Shown here piece by piece: positions 31,681 to 41,496 of a stretch of 64,000 nt of DNA. The notes beneath the pieces are model-generated. The model did not search any database and had not been told where the DNA came from. It saw only the letters and a list, made by a program, of their open reading frames with translations. A program made the translations under genes and the position numbers. Origin of the DNA: an uncultured Actinomycetota bacterium (GTDB taxonomy: Bacteria > Actinomycetota > Actinomycetes > Mycobacteriales > Mycobacteriaceae). Where the stretch lies: the NCBI GenBank assembly GCA_963720345.1, contig CAVRFN010000043.1, positions 58,658 to 122,657 on the forward strand, written 5' to 3'. Within the stretch, counting starts at the first letter, position 1. Every line of letters starts with the position of its first letter.

Positions 31681-33309
31681 GTGACCAAGCCCAGTCCTGC
31701 CCGATTCGATGCGATCGTCATCGGAGCCGGATTCTCCGGCTTGTACGCATTGCACCGGTTACGCGAACTCGGCGTGCGGACGCTGGTGCTCGAGGCGGCC
31801 GAGGACGTCGGTGGGACCTGGCTGTTCAATCGCTATCCCGGTGCCCGGTGCGACATCGAGAGCATCGAATACTCCTACAGCTTCTCCGACGAGATCCAGC
31901 AGGAGTGGGTGTGGACGGAGACGATGCCGGCGCAGCCGGAGATCGAGGCCTATCTCAACTTCGTCGCGGACAAACTGGACCTGCGCCGCGATATCCAGTT
32001 CAACACCAAGGTCGTCGCGATGACCTTCGACGAGGTCGCCGCCGAATGGGTGGTCGAAACCCAGGACGGCGAAACGTTCGTCGCATCTTTCGTGGTGGCC
32101 GCATCGGGCATCTTGTCGGTGCCGCTGGACCCCGACTTTCCCGGGATGGACACCTTCACCGGCGCATCGTTGTTCACCGGCCGCTGGCCGAAAGAGGGCT
32201 ATGACCTGTCGGGCAAGCGGGTCGGCGTCATCGGCACCGGCTCGACTGGCGTGCAGCTGATCCCGGTCGTGGCGCAGCAGGCGGAGCACCTCACGGTGTT
32301 TCAGCGCTCGCCGGCCTACACGCTGCCGTGGGAGGTGCGTGCGTTCGACGACGGCGAGCTCGACGAGCTGAAGGCCAACTACGCCGAGATCCGGGCCGCG
32401 CAGCGGGCGCACATGATCGGAGCGGCGCGGCTGAGTGCCTTCTCGGTGATGTTCGAGATGATGGCCAACCCGCCGTTGAAATCCGCTTCACGTGAAGACC
32501 AACTGCGGGCCATCGAGGAGAACGGCGTGATCGGCGCGCTCAGTTGGGGCGACGTCTTCTTCGACATCGAGGCCAATCGCATGGCCGCGCAAGCTGTATG
32601 GCGAGGCGGTCGCCCGCATCGTGAAGGACCCCGACGACCGCGGCATCGCTGATCCCGAGCCATCCGTTCGGGTGCAAGCGGCCGATCATCGACCAGGGCT
32701 ACTACGAGACGTTCAACCGCGACAACGTGACGCTGGTCGACCTGCGCAAGGCTCCGATCGTCGAAATCACGCCGACGGGGATCCGCACCGAGCAGGGGCA
32801 TCACGACCTCGACGTGATCATCTACGCCACCGGCTTCGACGCGATGACAGGCGCGCTCACCCGAATCAACGTCCATGGCCGCGACGGGATGTCGTTGGCC
32901 GACTTCTGGACGTCCGAAGGTCCGTACACCTACCTGGGGATCGCGGTGGCGGGCTTTCCCAATCTGTTCGTCGTCCAGGCGCCGGGAAGCCCTTCGGCGG
33001 CAACGAACTTCGTCGCCGCTCTCGAGCAGCACGTCGAGTGGATCGGCGACTGCATCGCTTACCTGCGCGACAACGGCTACCGAACCATCGAGGCGCTGCC
33101 GGATGCGCAGCGCGAGTGGATCGAGCACACGACCGCGCTCGTGGAGCCGACCGTGCTGGTCGATCCGTCGTGCAACTCCTGGTACAACGGCGGCAACGTC
33201 CCCGGCAAGAAGCGGATGTACATGGGCTACACGGCGGGGATCCCGGAGTACCGCAGGCGGTGCGACGAAATCGCGGACGCGGGCTACACCGGGTTCAAGC
33301 TCGTCATGA
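31681..33309 (+). CDS. Baeyer-Villiger monooxygenase (cyclohexanone monooxygenase family), frameshifts near 32590-32640
   Basis: IGAGFSG, GGTWLFNRYPGARCD, VIGTGSTG, HPFGCKRP, YATGFDAMTG, NSWYNGGNVPGK. Confidence 0.9.
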
Positions 33310-34430
33310 GGGCTTCCGAACGCGCCCGGCTCATCGGCCGCGATTTCGCCGGAGTGCTGCCCCGGGCGCACGCCGCGGTGGCGAGCTCCGATGACTGGAA
33401 GCCGGTGTCGCAGCGCGGTGCCCGTCAACTCGGTGAGGTGGTGCTCGACGAGCTCGCCTTGTCGGGCATGACGCTGACCGCGCCGCCGCCGAAACTCGAA
33501 CGCACGGTGGACGCCTGCGCAGCAGCGGCCAATGAATTGTCGGGGCTCAGCGTGGCAGCGGCCAACGCAGAGCCGGATCCGTTGCAGGTCAAGTCCATTC
33601 GACGACGCCGGATCGGCCGCCTGGCCTACGAACAGATGAGATTCGACCACGATCCGCGGCTGCCGGAGTCGCTGAGTGCCGAGGGCTTCGGCGGTCCCGC
33701 TACGGCCGTGGTGCATCTATGCCGCACCGGTGATGACCAACGTCCCTGGCTGGTGTGGGTGCACGGCGCCGGCCAGGGCCAACCCATCGACATGTTGTTC
33801 TCACGAGCCCGTCGACTTCAGGACGAACTGGGGTTCAACATCGCGCTGCCGGTGCAGCCCGGCCACGGTGCCCGCCGCGACGCATGGCCGACCTATCCCG
33901 ACATGGATCCGCTGAACAACGTCGCGGGCATGATGCGGGTGGTGTCCGAGGTCCGCGCGGTCATCCGATGGCTGCGGCCGCAGTCCAGTGCGATCGCCGT
34001 ATCCGGAGTGTCCATGGGAAGCCCGGTCGCCGCGCTGGCGGCACATCTCGAGAAGGTCGACGGCGTAGCGGTTTACACGCCGATCTTCGGACTCAACGCG
34101 ATGATCGCCCAGCACCTCGGCCGATGGGGACCGTCGGTGCGTGACACCATCGAGCTGCTGCAGTCCGACAACGTGGCATCCGTGGCGTCCGTCGTCGATC
34201 ACTGCGATGTCGAGCCGACCCCGCCCCCGTCCAGCCGCCTCATCGTGGGCGCCTGGCATGACCGGATGGCGATGCGCGAGCCCGCCCAGCTGTTGCACGA
34301 ACGGTGGGGCGGCGAGTTGTACTGGCATCCGGGAAGCCATGTCGGGCATCTCTTCGCCGGCGGCGTCCAGCAGGCGTCGGAGCGGTTCCTCCGCGGAGTC
34401 AGCGAGCAGTCGAGCCGTAGTCGCGAATGA
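33306..34430 (+). CDS. Alpha/beta hydrolase (ABHD18-like)
   Basis: VHGAGQG oxyanion region, GVSMG nucleophile elbow, HDR, GSH. Confidence 0.75.
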   Translation: MRASERARLIGRDFAGVLPRAHAAVASSDDWKPVSQRGARQLGEVVLDELALSGMTLTAPPPKLERTVDACAAAANELSGLSVAAANAEPDPLQVKSIRRRRIGRLAYEQMRFDHDPRLPESLSAEGFGGPATAVVHLCRTGDDQRPWLVWVHGAGQGQPIDMLFSRARRLQDELGFNIALPVQPGHGARRDAWPTYPDMDPLNNVAGMMRVVSEVRAVIRWLRPQSSAIAVSGVSMGSPVAALAAHLEKVDGVAVYTPIFGLNAMIAQHLGRWGPSVRDTIELLQSDNVASVASVVDHCDVEPTPPPSSRLIVGAWHDRMAMREPAQLLHERWGGELYWHPGSHVGHLFAGGVQQASERFLRGVSEQSSRSRE

Positions 34431-35019
34431 ACCGGTCGCGGACGTACCCCAACTCGCGATCGAGGTCATAGCCATCCGCCAGCACGGTCCACAGGTACGC
34501 GGCGCCGAAGATGGCCGCGCTGAGATCGCTGGTCGCACGGTCGATGTCGACGTCGGCGCGAACCGATCCGTCGCCAACGCCTCGTCGCAGCCCAGCCTCG
34601 ACTTTGTCGATGCCGCGTTGGAGCCAACGCTGGACGCGCTGGCGCAGTGGCGAAGTCGTCTTGACCCCCTCGAACGTGGCAACGAACATCGCGCGCAGAA
34701 AGTCCTGGTCGTCGGCGAAGAGTCGTCGTACCCGGTCGAAGTGGCCGACTGCCTCCTGCAGGCCCGTGGCATCAGGATCGGGCTCGGGGCTGAGTTGCTT
34801 GACGTAGTCGTGCAGAAAGAAGGCGTCGAGAATCGCATCTTTACTGCCGTACCTGGCGTGGACCATGGCCCGGCTGTAACCGGCTCGTCGGCCGATCTCC
34901 GCTGCTGTCGTTGCCTCCCAGCCCTTTTCGACGATCAACTCGGCCGCCGCCTCGACCAGCCGGCGACTGGAGATCTCGACTCGTTCCGGCTGCGTCAGGC
35001 CACGAGCAGGGGAGGGCAC
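34399..35019 (-). CDS. TetR/AcrR family regulator
   Basis: LVEAAAELIVEKGWEATTAAEIGRRAGYSRAMVHARYGSKD HTH. Confidence 0.88.
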   Translation of the reverse strand: MPSPARGLTQPERVEISSRRLVEAAAELIVEKGWEATTAAEIGRRAGYSRAMVHARYGSKDAILDAFFLHDYVKQLSPEPDPDATGLQEAVGHFDRVRRLFADDQDFLRAMFVATFEGVKTTSPLRQRVQRWLQRGIDKVEAGLRRGVGDGSVRADVDIDRATSDLSAAIFGAAYLWTVLADGYDLDRELGYVRDRFIRDYGSTAR

Positions 35020-35086
35020 TCTTGCATATTAGACGTGCGACAACTAAGTTACTTGCATTTCGTCAAATAAGTCGCGGAGGAACTCG

Positions 35087-36146
35087 ATGGTGAGTGCGGG
35101 CACGACCTCTGTTCCCGATGGCATCGACCAGCTGACACCGCACTGGCTGACCTCTGAGCTTGGCTCCGACGTGACCGATGTTCGTGTCGAACAGATCGCC
35201 ATGGACAGCGGCTTCTCGTCGTTGCTGTATCGGCTGCACCTGACCGGTGATGGTGTTCCATCGACTTTGATCGCGAAACTGCCCGCGCAGTCCGAGGCGC
35301 GCGGAGCGATGGAGTTGCTCGGCGGCTACCGACGCGAGCTGGCCTTCTATCGGAACGTCGCCGGACACGCGCCGATCGCGACGCCGAGGGCATATGTAGC
35401 GCGAATGGCCGAGGACTCCGTCGACTTCATCCTGCTGCTCGAAGACCTGCAGGCCTGGGACAACGCCGACCACCTCGCGGGACTTTCGATGAATCGGGCG
35501 CGACTGTGCATCGAACAGCTGGCCGGACTGCACGCTTGGTCGGCTAACCCCGCGAATGCCTCTGCGCTGGAGAAGTTTCCGAGCATCGACACACCGATTG
35601 CGCGGGATCTGCTGGTGCCCGCGTTCGCGCCGGGCTGGCAGGTCTATCTCGAGAACTGCGCAGGCTCGGTTCCTGCGCGTGTTGCGCGACTTCGCCGACG
35701 ACTTCGCGCAGCGGGCGGTGGCGGCGCTGCCTGCGCTGACCGAACGCGACATGCTGCTGCACGGCGATATCCGGGCCGACAACCTGTTCTTCGACGGCGA
35801 CGAGATGAAGGTGGTCGACTTCCAGTTCGCCGCTCGCGGCTGCGGCGCGGCCGACATCGCCTACCTCGTCACCCAGGGCCTGCGCAGCGAGGCCCGCGAA
35901 GGCCACGACGAAGCCCTGGTGCGGGAGTACCTCGATCACCTTGCCGCGCAGGGCGTGACGGACTATTCGTTCGACGACGCGTGGCGGCACTACCGATACG
36001 CCGCGGTCTATCTGATGGTTCTGCCTGTCATCACGCTCAACGGCTGGGAGGCCCTGCCCGAGCGGTCACGCCAACTGTGCCTCACGCTCACCGATCGCGC
36101 GGTCGCCGCCATCGACGAGATCGACGCACTGGAGGTGTTCGAATGA
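35087..36146 (+). CDS. APH/choline-kinase-fold phosphotransferase (EcKinase-like), frameshift near 35685
   Basis: LIAKLP, RELAFY, LLLEDL, LHGDIRADNLFF, VVDFQ. Confidence 0.82.
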
Positions 36147-36517
36147 CCCGTTCCGCCCGAGAGGTGGTGGAGCTGTACAACCTCGTCGTCTGGAACGAGC
36201 GAAACTTCGACCTCGCCGAGGAGCTGATGGGGGACAGCGTGATTCGCCACGACGTCGGCGAGTCGACGGTGCTCTCCCACGAGCAGGCGGTCGCGCGCAT
36301 CGTGGACCACTGGGCGATGTTCGAGACGATTCGCTTCGATCTCAACCTGGTGGTGGCGGGTGACGACGGTGAGCACGTCGCCATCGTCTACCAGTCGCCG
36401 ATGGAACTGAAGGACGGCACGAAGACCGACGTCGGCAGCATGGAGATCTTCCGGGTGGTCGACGGCCGGATCGTCGAAGTGTGGAATTGCGGCTACAAAC
36501 AAGGGATCTGGCAGTGA
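36143..36517 (+). CDS. SnoaL/NTF2-like protein
   Basis: 124 aa; AREVVELYNLVVWN...MEIFRVVDGRIVEVW; ATGA-coupled. Confidence 0.8.
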   Translation: MTRSAREVVELYNLVVWNERNFDLAEELMGDSVIRHDVGESTVLSHEQAVARIVDHWAMFETIRFDLNLVVAGDDGEHVAIVYQSPMELKDGTKTDVGSMEIFRVVDGRIVEVWNCGYKQGIWQ

Positions 36518-37621
36518 CTGAGCGTGTCCTGGATGAACTCGGCTACTACCTGCTCGCCGGTGCGGGTGGTGAGGGACCGGCCGGATTGATGGACGAGGCG
36601 CGCCGCGGTGAGGAACTGGGCTTCGGCACGGGGTTCATCTCCGAGCGGTGGAACGTCAAGGAAGCGTCGTCGCTGACCGGCGCCGCGTTGGCGGTCACCA
36701 ACCGGATGCAGATCGCCACCGCCGCAACGAATCACAACACCCGCCACCCGCTGATCACCGGGTCGTACGCGACGACCATGCATCGGCTGTCGAAGGGTCG
36801 CTTCACACTGGGCATCGGCCGCGGTGTCGCGGCGATGTACGGGGCCTTCGGGGTCCCCGCGGTGACGACCGCGCAGATGGAGGACTTCGCGCAGGTGATG
36901 CGAAGGCTGTGGCACGGTGAACTCGTCTTCAACCACGACGGGCCGATCGGGCAAGTATCAGTTGCTGTTCCTGGATCCGGACTTCAACGAGGACATCCGG
37001 CTGGCGATCGTCGCGTTCGGCCCGCAGACACTGGCGCTGGGCGGCCGCGAGTTCGACGACGTCATCCTGCACACCTACTTCACGCCCGAGACCCTGCAGC
37101 GCGCGGTGAAGACCGTCAAGGACGCCGCAGAGCAGGCGGGCCGCAATCCCGACGACGTCAAGGTGTGGTCGTGTTTCGCGACGGTCGGCGACCATCTGCC
37201 CGAGGAACTCCGGCTGAAGAAGACGGTGGCGCGGCTGGCGACCTATCTGCAGGGCTACGGCGAACTCCTGATCAACACCAACGGCTGGGATCTCTCAGTG
37301 CTGCAACGCTTCAGGGAGGACGAGGTGGTGCAGTCCGTCGGCGGGGGCATCGACCACAAGGCCACTGCCGAGCAGATCGAGCACATCGCCACGCTCATCC
37401 CCGACGAGTGGCTGGAGCCCTCGGCGACGGGGTCGGCGCAGCAGTGCGTGGACCGGATCCGCAAGGAGTTCGACTACGGCGCCGACGCGGTGATCATGCA
37501 CGGCGCGACGCCCGACGAACTCGAGCCGATCGTCACGGAATACCGCAGCCTCGATGTGATTTCGGCGTGCTGGGTCACGCTGAGCGATCGAACAGACACG
37601 CCGAAATCGCCAAAGAGCTAG
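36514..37621 (+). CDS. F420-dependent luciferase-like oxidoreductase (TIGR03857-type), frameshift near 36950
   Basis: ISERWNVKEA, ATAATNHNTRHP, GRFTLGIGRG, VIMHGATPDEL. Confidence 0.82.
37558..37608. repeat. REP-like hairpin
   Basis: 12-bp arms GATTTCGGCGTG / CACGCCGAAATC at the junction of convergent genes; same family as 53930-53982. Confidence 0.75.
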
Positions 37622-39114
37622 GGCGTGATGACGGTACGGCTCACCGGTTCTGCGGCGGCCTGCCTGCTGTAGATGCCGCGCTGCAGCGCCGACAGCAACG
37701 CGTTACGCGTCTCCTCTGGATGGATCAGGTCGTCGAAGCCCATCGTGCCGGCCGACCGGAATGACGCCTCCACCTCCGCCTTGCGCAGCTTGGCCTCCAC
37801 GTCCTCGGCGGCGTGGGAGGCCTTGCTGAGAGCGGCGGCACTCATCGCGCCCATCGTGGCGCCCGGATACGCGAACGTGGCGCCCTGGTTGTCGAAGCCC
37901 AGCAGCGACATCACCATGGATCCGAAACCGTATGCCTTGCGCAGGGTTACGTGCAGCTTCAGCGTGGTGGCCGCGGTCTGGGCGGCGAACATGCGTGCGC
38001 CACTGCGCAGCACTCCGGTTTTCTCCGATCGGCTGCCGGGCAGCATGCCGGGATTGTCGGCGAGGAACACGATCGGCAGGTGGAATGAGTCGGCGACGTT
38101 GATGAAATGTGCTGCCTTGTCGGCGGCGTCGGCGTCGATCGACCCGGCGATCACCTTGGGCTGATTGGCCACCACCGCGACGGGATGTCCGCCGAGATGG
38201 GCGAGCGCGCAGATCATCGCCTGCCCGAACTTCGGCTGCACCTCGAACCAGCCCCGGTCGTCGAACACCACGTCGAGTACGGCACGCATGTCGTAGACCC
38301 GCCGGTTGCCGCGCGGCACGATGTCGAGCAGCTCAGGCGTCGAGCGCGGCTCGCTCGCCTCGTCGTGCGGCAGCGACGCGGGATACGACCACGCGCTCGG
38401 CGGGAAGTACGACAGATACCGGCGGATGTCGTCGAGGACCGCCTCGTCGTCCTCGGCGAGATTGTGGATCACCCCGCTGGCGATCGCGACCGACGGGCCG
38501 CCCAGGTCTTCCTTCGAAATATCCTCGCCCGTGGACTCTTTCACGACCGGCGGACCGGCGGTGAAGATCGCGCCCTGCTTGCTCATGATGGTCCAGTCGC
38601 ATACGGGAGCGACCAGCGCGCCATGGCCGGCCGACGGGCCGAGCAGGCCGCCGACCATCGGCACCTTGCCCGAGCACTGCGCCTGGGCGAGCAGATCGGT
38701 CGGGGTGCGGCCGTAGTGCTCGCCGCTGGGCCGGAAGCCGGCACCCTCTAGCAGCATCACCAACGGAATCCGGTCCCGCAGCGCCAACTCCGCAAGCCGG
38801 TAGCGCTTCGCGTTGCCGCCCGGGCCGATGCTGCCCGCCAGCGTGGTGAAGTCCTCCGCCCCGATCATCACCGGGGATCCATCGATGAGACCTGAGCCGG
38901 CGACGATTCCATCGGCGGCGATCTCACCGCCGACCAGGGTGCCGAACTCCCGGAAGGTGCCCTTGTCGAGGAGGTGGTCGAGGCGCGCACGGGCGTCGAG
39001 TTTGCCCTTGCCGTGGTGCTTGGCCAGCCGCTCGGGGCCACCCATCGCCCGCGAACGCTCACGCCGAAGATCGAGGTCTTCGAGCGTCTCCTTCCAGCCC
39101 TGCTCGTTCGTCAT
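37618..39114 (-). CDS. Acyl-CoA carboxylase carboxyltransferase (beta) subunit
   Basis: GGPERLAKHHGKGKLDARAR, DFTTLAGSIG, FTAGPPVVK, LADNPGMLPG, RKAYGFG. Confidence 0.9.
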   Translation of the reverse strand: MTNEQGWKETLEDLDLRRERSRAMGGPERLAKHHGKGKLDARARLDHLLDKGTFREFGTLVGGEIAADGIVAGSGLIDGSPVMIGAEDFTTLAGSIGPGGNAKRYRLAELALRDRIPLVMLLEGAGFRPSGEHYGRTPTDLLAQAQCSGKVPMVGGLLGPSAGHGALVAPVCDWTIMSKQGAIFTAGPPVVKESTGEDISKEDLGGPSVAIASGVIHNLAEDDEAVLDDIRRYLSYFPPSAWSYPASLPHDEASEPRSTPELLDIVPRGNRRVYDMRAVLDVVFDDRGWFEVQPKFGQAMICALAHLGGHPVAVVANQPKVIAGSIDADAADKAAHFINVADSFHLPIVFLADNPGMLPGSRSEKTGVLRSGARMFAAQTAATTLKLHVTLRKAYGFGSMVMSLLGFDNQGATFAYPGATMGAMSAAALSKASHAAEDVEAKLRKAEVEASFRSAGTMGFDDLIHPEETRNALLSALQRGIYSRQAAAEPVSRTVITP

Positions 39115-39170
39115 GCGCTCTTCCTGTCGTTGAAAGGCGATCGTCGCACCGGCATGTTCACGTTGACCAT

Positions 39171-39187
39171 ACTGAATTGCTTACTGT
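39171..39187. promoter_or_regulatory. Degenerate operator ACTGAAT-TGC-TTACTGT
   Basis: 11/14 match between the divergent carboxyltransferase and LLM genes, touching a TAGCGT -10. Confidence 0.6.
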
Positions 39188-39200
39188 AGCGTCTGCGGGC

Positions 39201-40238
39201 ATGGGTACCGGCGCCGGCCTCAAGGTCGACGGCGGCGTTTTCAGCCAGCTCCACGCCGTGGTCGACGCGGCGGTGACCTTGGAACGGCGCGGTTATGACG
39301 GCTGCTGGACCGCCGAGGTCAACCACGATCCGTTCCTGCCGTTGACGCTCGCCGCCGAGCACACCGAAACCATCGAACTGGGCACCAGCATCGCCGTGGC
39401 GTTCGCGCGAAACCCGATGACGGTCGCGAACGTCGGCTGGGATCTCCAGGACTACTCGAAGGGTCGGCTGAACCTGGGTCTGGGCTCTCAGATCCAACCG
39501 CATATCGAGAAGCGCTTCAGCATGCCGTGGAGCCGGCCGGTGCCCCGGATGCGGGAGTTCGTGCTGGCGTTGCGCGAGATCTGGGCATGCTGGCATGACG
39601 GTTCGAAGTTGCGCTTCGAGGGCGAGTTCTACACACACAAGCTCATGACGCCGATGTTCACGCCAGAACCGCATGACTATGGCGTCCCGAAAGTGTTCAT
39701 CGCCGCGGTGGGTGAGGCGATGACCGAGATGACGGGCGAAGTCGCCGACGGAGTTCTCGCGCATGCCTTCACGACCAAGCGCTACTTCGAAGAAGTGACC
39801 ATGCCCGCGCTGATGCGCGGGATGCGCAAGTCGGGTCGGCAGCGCGATGTCTTCCAGGTGTCGTGTCCGCTGTTCGTCGTCACGGGTTCCGACGAGTCCG
39901 AGCTGGACGCCGCCGCCGTCGGTACCCGCAAGCAGATCGCGTTCTACGGTTCGACACCTGCCTACAAGAAGGTGCTCGATCTGCACGGCTGGGGAGCGCT
40001 GCACGACCAACTGCACGGCCTGTCCCTGAAAGGCGACTGGGACGGTATGGGTGCGCTCATCGACGACGAGATTCTCGACACGTTCGCGGTGGTCGCTCCA
40101 ATCGACAAGCTGGCGGCCAAGATTCGGGACCGGTGCGACGGCCTGATCGACCGGATCATGGTGGGCTTCCCGCCTTCGATTTCGGAATCAACCATCTCGG
40201 CAGTTTTGAAAGAGCTGCGCGAGCCGACTGCACAGTGA
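39201..40238 (+). CDS. F420-dependent LLM oxidoreductase (TIGR03617-type)
   Basis: AEVNHDPFLPL, GTSIAVAFARNPM, LGLGSQIQPHIEKRFSMPW, IAFYGSTPAY. Confidence 0.88.
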   Translation: MGTGAGLKVDGGVFSQLHAVVDAAVTLERRGYDGCWTAEVNHDPFLPLTLAAEHTETIELGTSIAVAFARNPMTVANVGWDLQDYSKGRLNLGLGSQIQPHIEKRFSMPWSRPVPRMREFVLALREIWACWHDGSKLRFEGEFYTHKLMTPMFTPEPHDYGVPKVFIAAVGEAMTEMTGEVADGVLAHAFTTKRYFEEVTMPALMRGMRKSGRQRDVFQVSCPLFVVTGSDESELDAAAVGTRKQIAFYGSTPAYKKVLDLHGWGALHDQLHGLSLKGDWDGMGALIDDEILDTFAVVAPIDKLAAKIRDRCDGLIDRIMVGFPPSISESTISAVLKELREPTAQ

Positions 40239-40248
40239 GGAACCGGTT

Positions 40249-41487
40249 ATGGCTACCCGGATCATGGATGAAGCTGCGAAGGTCTTCGCCGACCCTCAGG
40301 CGTACGCCGACGAGAAGAAACTTCACGCCGCACTGACCCATCTGCGTGCGAACGCGCCCGTGTCGTGGGTGGACGTTCCGGGCTACCGACCGTTCTGGGC
40401 GATCACCAAGCATGCCGACGTCATGGACATCGAACGCGCCAACACACTGTTCACCAACTCGCCGCGGCCGGTGCTGACCACTGCGGAGGGTGACGATCAG
40501 CAGGCTGCAATTGGTGTCAAGACGCTTATCCACATGGATGATCCGCAACACCGCGCCGTCCGGGCCATCGGAGCCGACTGGTTCCGCCCGAAAGCCATGC
40601 GTGCGCTCAAGGTTCGCATCGACGAACTCGCGAAGCGCTACGTCGACCAGATGGTGGCGGCGGGACCCGGAATGCGACTTCGTCCAAGAGGTTGCGGTGA
40701 ACTATCCGCTGTACGTGATCATGTCGATGCTGGGCATTCCTGAATCCGACTTTCCGCAGATGTTGAAGTACACGCAGGAGCTGTTCGGAACCGACGATGA
40801 GGAGATGCAGCGCAGCGCATCACGTGGAGGAGTCCATGGCCGTGCTGCTCGAGATGTTCGGTTATTTCAACGAATTGACCGCGGCGCGGCGCTCGACGCC
40901 GACCGAGGATTTGGCCTCCGCGATCGCCAACGCCACGATCGACGGCGCACCCCTGTCCGACATCGACACCGTGTCCTATTACCTCATCATCGCCACGGCT
41001 GGCCACGACACCACAAGCGCGGTGATCTCCGGCGGTCTCCATGCGCTGATCGAAAACCCCGATCAATGCAAGCGACTGCGTGCCGACATGGATCTCATGC
41101 CGCTGGCCACCGAGGAGATGATCCGCTGGGTCACGCCGGTGAAGGAATTCATGCGCACCGCCCAGCGAGGACACCGAGGTGCGCGGCGTCCCGATCGCGG
41201 CGGGGGAGTCGGTGCTGCTTTCCTACGTCTCGTCGAATCGTGACGAGGATGTCTTCGACGAACCGTTTCGATTCGACGTGGGCCGCGAACCCAACAAGCA
41301 CAACGCCTTCGGCTATGGCGTGCACTTCTGTCTGGGTGCAGCGCTGGCCCGGATGGAAGTCAACAGCTTCTTTTCTGAGCTGATACCCCGTCTGGACTCG
41401 ATAGAACTGACCGGGGATCCGGCGTACACCGCGACGATCTTCGTCGGCGGGCCCAAGCACCTACCGATCAGGTATTCGCTGCGATGA
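40249..41487 (+). CDS. Cytochrome P450 (CYP108/124/125-like), about three frameshifts
   Basis: PFWAITKHADV, IATAGHDTT, EEMIRWVTPV, FGYGVHFCLG. Confidence 0.87.
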
Positions 41488-41496
41488 CCTGAGCTG

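Noticed and set aside
35087-36517. 476-aa kinase-SnoaL fusion ORF
   Set aside because: Result of a frameshift near 35685; the kinase HGD/DFQ half is in another frame and ends at an ATGA overlap with the SnoaL gene
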